Assembly: GCA_031409655.1 (NCBI GenBank)
Contig: JANNXQ010000148.1
Coordinates: 1 to 22,058, forward strand
DNA from: Chthoniobacteraceae bacterium
Lineage (GTDB): Bacteria > Verrucomicrobiota > Verrucomicrobiia > Chthoniobacterales > Chthoniobacteraceae
Length of the DNA stretch: 22,058 bases
Direction: 5' to 3'
Shown in pieces: positions 18,735-22,058 of the stretch. Each line of letters begins with the position of its first letter. Position 1 is the stretch's first letter. Position numbers and translations under genes: made by a program. The notes under the pieces were generated by a model, which was not told where the DNA came from, did no database searches, and saw only the letters and a list, made by a program, of their open reading frames with translations.

Positions 18735-19544
18735 CTCCGCTTCGGGCGCGGACGCAGTCTCCAAAGCCGGCTCGTTTCCTGGGATGGCTTCCGGGGCAGG
18801 CGCAACCACGAGCGATCCGCCCGCAGTAAGCGTGTCGTCGCCGGCTGCGCCAGTCGGATCGCTCTTCAGGGCGGTGGGCTCGGTCGCCGGAGCTTCCGGC
18901 TCTAGCGTGCGGACTTCGGGCACTTCCACCGCCGCATCCACCGGCAGCGCCTCGGGCTCTGCGGGAACCGGTGCGGTCGGCAGCACCACGCGCTTCAGCT
19001 CATCGGAGTTCGGCAGTTCGCTGGTGTGTTTGAGGCCGAAGTGTTGCAGGAAATACTCGGAGGTCCGGTAAAGCAGCGGGCGACCGGGAACTTCGGCGCG
19101 ACCGGCGATTTTCACGAGGCTGCGATCAAGCAGGACTTGCATCACGCCATCGACGGCAACGCCGCGTACCGCCTCGATGTCCGCGCGGGTGACGGGCTGC
19201 CGATAGGCGATGATCGCGAGGGTCTCGAGTTGCGGGCCGGTGAGCTTCGTCGGCTTCGCTTCCGGGTAGAGCTGGCGAATCCAGCGGGCCGCGGCGGGAT
19301 CGCTGACCAGCGTCCAGCCGTTCACTTGCTCGATGAGTTGAAAGGCGCGCCCCGAGGCCGCGATGTCCGCCTGCAATTCAGCCAGCACCGCCGCCACCTC
19401 GGGCTCCTTCATCTTGGCAAAATCGATCGCCACCTGATCGTCCGTATCATGGCCGGCCGCTTTCAGGACGCTGACGATTTCCTTGGTCTGCATGGGCTTC
19501 GGCGAGGCGAACACCAGCGCTTCGATCACTTGCTTCAGGGTCAT
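18720..19544 (-). CDS. scpB: SMC-Scp complex subunit ScpB with a Pro/Ala/Glu-rich disordered tail
   Basis: IEALVFAS, LETLAIIAYRQPVTRADIEAVRGV, GRAEVPGRPLLYRT..FLQHFGL...ELP. ATG at 19544. Confidence 0.95.
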   Translation of the reverse strand: MTLKQVIEALVFASPKPMQTKEIVSVLKAAGHDTDDQVAIDFAKMKEPEVAAVLAELQADIAASGRAFQLIEQVNGWTLVSDPAAARWIRQLYPEAKPTKLTGPQLETLAIIAYRQPVTRADIEAVRGVAVDGVMQVLLDRSLVKIAGRAEVPGRPLLYRTSEYFLQHFGLKHTSELPNSDELKRVVLPTAPVPAEPEALPVDAAVEVPEVRTLEPEAPATEPTALKSDPTGAAGDDTLTAGGSLVVAPAPEAIPGNEPALETASAPEAEKSEL

Positions 19545-19569
19545 GGTAGCAATAAGGCTCTCCACGGAT

Positions 19570-20286
19570 TCAGGCGCGGCGGATTTCGATTTCGCCGAAG
19601 ACTTCGGACTGCAAGCAGCGGAGTTGTTTGAGGCGGATGAGCTCCAGCAGGGCGAGGAACGTGACCACGATCTCGGTCCGCGAGGCGACGCTGACAAAGA
19701 GTTCGGTGAACTTCAGCGGTACATCCGTCGCCATCATCTTCATGATGAGATCGATCTTGTCCGAGACCGTGAAATTCTCCTCGAAGATCTCGCGCAGATT
19801 TTCCTGCACGGTGATGCGCTTGAGGATGTTGTTGAAGGCGTGGATGAGGTCGAAGACCGAGACATCGCCGAGCGGACGCTCGGGCTGCGCTTCGCTGGCG
19901 TCGGGCAGTCGCTGATAGAGGCTGTTTTGCAGCGCCTCGCGCTCGCCGAGCTTGGCGGCGGCGTCCTTGAATTTCTTGTATTCCACGAGTTGGCGGATGA
20001 GATCCCAGCGCGGATCATCTTCCTCCACCTCCTCCTCCGGCGGCTGGATGTGGGCGGGGAGCAGGCTGCGGCTCTTGAGGTAGATGAGATTCGCGGCCAT
20101 GACCACGAACTCCCCGGCGATGTCGAGGTCGAGCGATTTGAACGCCTCCATGAACTCCAGATACTGCTGGGTGATGCGCTCGATGGAGATCTCGTAGATG
20201 TCCACCTCGTCTTTCTTGATCAGATAGAGGAGGAGATCGAGCGGGCCTTCAAAGACCTCGAGCTTCACTTTGTATTCTTGGGACAT
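19570..20286 (-). CDS. scpA: Segregation and condensation protein A (kleisin)
   Basis: FEGPLDLLLYLIKK, AGEFVVMAANLIYLKSRSLLP, DPRWDLIRQLVEY and VVTFLALLEL. Confidence 0.96.
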   Translation of the reverse strand: MSQEYKVKLEVFEGPLDLLLYLIKKDEVDIYEISIERITQQYLEFMEAFKSLDLDIAGEFVVMAANLIYLKSRSLLPAHIQPPEEEVEEDDPRWDLIRQLVEYKKFKDAAAKLGEREALQNSLYQRLPDASEAQPERPLGDVSVFDLIHAFNNILKRITVQENLREIFEENFTVSDKIDLIMKMMATDVPLKFTELFVSVASRTEIVVTFLALLELIRLKQLRCLQSEVFGEIEIRRA

Positions 20287-20313
20287 GGGGCGGCGAGACT
20301 GCGGGTGCGGGTG

Positions 20314-20348
20314 GAAAATTCAAATTCCAAATTCCAAATATCAAATCT
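20314..20348. repeat. Heptamer tandem array (CAAATTC-like, 4-5 units) upstream of scpA
   Basis: GAAAATT CAAATTC CAAATTC CAAATAT CAAATCT, an AT-rich patch in GC-rich DNA. Confidence 0.7.
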
Positions 20349-20365
20349 GCCGGGGTCCGAGCGTG

Positions 20366-20394
20366 GGTGGATGGCGCGCTCCGCCGCGCCAAGG
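20366..20394 (+). repeat. Single degenerate copy of the GTGG-type REP found at 21164-21276
   Basis: GGTGGATGGCGCGCTCCG (18 nt) is identical to 21165-21182 and continues CCGCGCCAAGG. Confidence 0.75.
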
Positions 20395-20526
20395 CTCCCT
20401 CCCGCGCGCGAACGTCGCCCCTTCGCAGAAATGTCACGAAACCCGGCTGAGTACGTCCTTGACCGAAAGATGGTCTGGAAAGGCAAACGAGAGCGAACTG
20501 CGGAGGTAGAAACTCGGATACCTCCA

Positions 20527-21072
20527 ATGAATCCCTCCCGGACGACAAACTCACGAAAGCGGAATGCGGCGATGGCGGCGCTGTTCCTTCTCCCGGCGGT
20601 TGCTGGCGCCGCCACGATCACCTTCACCCCCACCGATCTCGCGGATACCATCTCGGGCGAGGATCTGTGGCTCTACGAATATCGCGTCAGCGACTTCACC
20701 TTCGGCGCGGGAGAAGGTTTCACCATCACCTTCGACCGCGCCCTCTTCACCAAGCTCCAAAACCCGCCCCCACTCGTGAACGCCGATTGGGACGCGCTCC
20801 CGCTCCAGCCCGATCTCGCGCTCTCCTCGAATGGCCTCTACGACGCCCTCGCCCTCCGCGCCGCGCCGTCGCTGGCGAATGATTTCAAAGTGACCGCCGC
20901 CTGGCTGGGCAGCGGAACGCCGGGCGTGCAACCCTTCGTCATCTTCAATTCCAGCTTCACGCCCATCGCGACCGGCCAGACCGCCGCGGTCCCTGAGCCA
21001 GCTACGTCCCTGCTGATCCTCTCCAGCTCCGGCCTCGCCTTGCTGCGCCGCCCGCACCGCGCCGAGCGGTAA
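20527..21072 (+). CDS. PEP-CTERM sorting domain surface protein
   Basis: Signal peptide (AAMAALFLLPAVAGA), a beta-rich body, and a C-terminal VPEP motif followed by a hydrophobic stretch and basic tail (VPEPATSLLILSSSGLALLRRPHR). Confidence 0.88.
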   Translation: MNPSRTTNSRKRNAAMAALFLLPAVAGAATITFTPTDLADTISGEDLWLYEYRVSDFTFGAGEGFTITFDRALFTKLQNPPPLVNADWDALPLQPDLALSSNGLYDALALRAAPSLANDFKVTAAWLGSGTPGVQPFVIFNSSFTPIATGQTAAVPEPATSLLILSSSGLALLRRPHRAER

Positions 21073-21163
21073 GCATTCCCGCGGAATGAAGGCGTCAAGC
21101 GCAGCCCAAGGAGCGGAGACATTCCGGTCGCCGACTCAAAATCTGCGCTTCAGCGCCAAATCC

Positions 21164-21276
21164 CGGTGGATGGCGCGCTCCGAGCGCCATGAGAAAAACG
21201 CTCGCCGAAGGCCAACTCCGAAAGTGGCGCGGGCGCGCAGAATATTGCCATGGCGCTCGGAGCGCGCCATCCACCG
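21164..21276. repeat. REPIN-like element: perfect 28-bp inverted repeats around a 57-bp spacer
   Basis: CGGTGGATGGCGCGCTCCGAGCGCCATG at 21164-21191 and its exact reverse complement at 21249-21276. Each arm is GTGG plus the hairpin ATGGCGC-N7-GCGCCAT. Confidence 0.9.
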
Positions 21277-21283
21277 AGGTCCG

Positions 21284-21823
21284 ATGATCGAGCTGGCGGA
21301 GGTCATCCGGCGCCATGGGCCGGCGTATCTGGCGCGCGGCGGTGCGGGGGTGCCGCCGCCGCAGCGCCGGGCGTTGCGGGCCATCGCCGGCTGCCGGACG
21401 CCGGCGCTGGGCGGGCACTTATACCGGTGCGGGGCCTGCACGGCGACGCACTTCGGGTTCCATAGTTGTAATCACCGCTCGTGCCCGCAGTGCGGGGGCG
21501 CGCGGGCGGAGACCTGGCGCGAGCGGATGCAGGGGGACTTCCTGCCGGTGCCTTACTTCCTGGTGACTTTTACGGTGCCGGAGGAGTTGCGGGCGCTCTT
21601 TGCGCGGCAGGCGCCCTTTTTGCTCCAGACCTTATTCCGGGAAAGTGCGGGGACCCTGCAGGAGATCGCGGCGAACCCGCGGCATCTCGGCGCGGAGCTG
21701 GGTCTGGTGGGGGTGCTGCATACCTGGACGCGGCAGTTAGCTTGCCACCCGCACGTTCACTATGTGATCCCGGGTGGCGGGCTGCGCGCCCATGGGAAGA
21801 CGTGGCGAAAGTGCCGGACCTTA
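21284..21823 (+). pseudogene. IS91-family (Y2 HUH) transposase, N-terminal ~180 aa, interrupted by an IS630 element
   Basis: Zn-binding domain CRTPALGG...CGAC...HSCNHRSCPQC, YFLVTFTVP, LHTW and the HUH motif HPHVHYVIPGGGL. Homologous-looking sequence stops at WRKCRT, and the catalytic Y2 region is absent from the window. Confidence 0.9.
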
Positions 21824-22058
21824 CTGAGCATTCCAAAAAAGGTTCATAGTCCATCGAGGTTAAGAGTCGATTGGATCCAGAAGGCGCGCAGACAACGCTT
21901 CACCTTCCGGACTCGGGTCAGAGCCTTGGGCGCGGCGCGGCTGAGTTCCCAAAGCTCTTTCGGGGCGAAGTTGGCCAGATCATTGCCCTTCGCGTAACCC
22001 CAAAGGTATTCGATCGGGTTGAGTTCGGGAGCGTAACCGGGCAGGCGCTCCACCCAGA
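21824..22058 (-). mobile_element. IS630-family insertion sequence, right end (partial)
   Basis: Transposase C-terminus followed by a short AT-rich terminal sequence CTGAGCATTCCAAAAAAGGTTCA that abuts a TA at 21822-21823, the known IS630 target. Confidence 0.8.
21844..22058 (-). CDS. IS630-family DDE transposase, C-terminal part (runs off the window)
   Basis: RLPGYAPELNPIEYLWGYAK matches the IS630/Tc1 motif LP.YSPELNPIE..W. Confidence 0.9.
   Translation of the reverse strand, partial: WVERLPGYAPELNPIEYLWGYAKGNDLANFAPKELWELSRAAPKALTRVRKVKRCLRAFWIQSTLNLDGL

Noticed and set aside
19483..20526. 529-aa version of the PEP-CTERM ORF
   Set aside because: The upstream part is antisense to scpA, and the signal peptide begins only after 20527.
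20400..20526. Sigma54 promoter for the PEP-CTERM gene
   Set aside because: No convincing TGGCAC-N5-TTGC with correct GG-N10-GC spacing.

Overview
GC-rich bacterial window. Gene content, the PEP-CTERM protein and the repeat style suggest Verrucomicrobia/PVC, but that is an inference. It is mostly core chromosome. From left to right: a partial adenosine deaminase gene (missed by the ORF track); a minus-strand cluster of GNAT, circularly permuted ATP-grasp and alpha-E genes; a secreted hypothetical; tRNA-Phe(GAA) followed by about 1 kb of decayed TPR-gene debris; an exported Lon(S16)-like protein with its catalytic dyad substituted; recN; a 2063-aa TPR protein and a lipoprotein; tyrS converging on the scpA-scpB-pheA-tfoX operon; a PEP-CTERM gene; and an IS91-like HUH transposase interrupted at a TA by an IS630 element that runs off the window. 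Intergenic DNA holds several distinct REP/REPIN-like palindromes and heptamer tandem arrays. Several genes have sigma70-like -35/-10 boxes directly before the start codon, consistent with leaderless or short-leader mRNAs. The best candidates for undescribed biology are the ATP-grasp/alpha-E system with a GNAT in place of the usual transglutaminase/peptidase, the Lon pseudo-protease, and the REPIN abutting the IS91-type transposase. None of these is proven from sequence alone.
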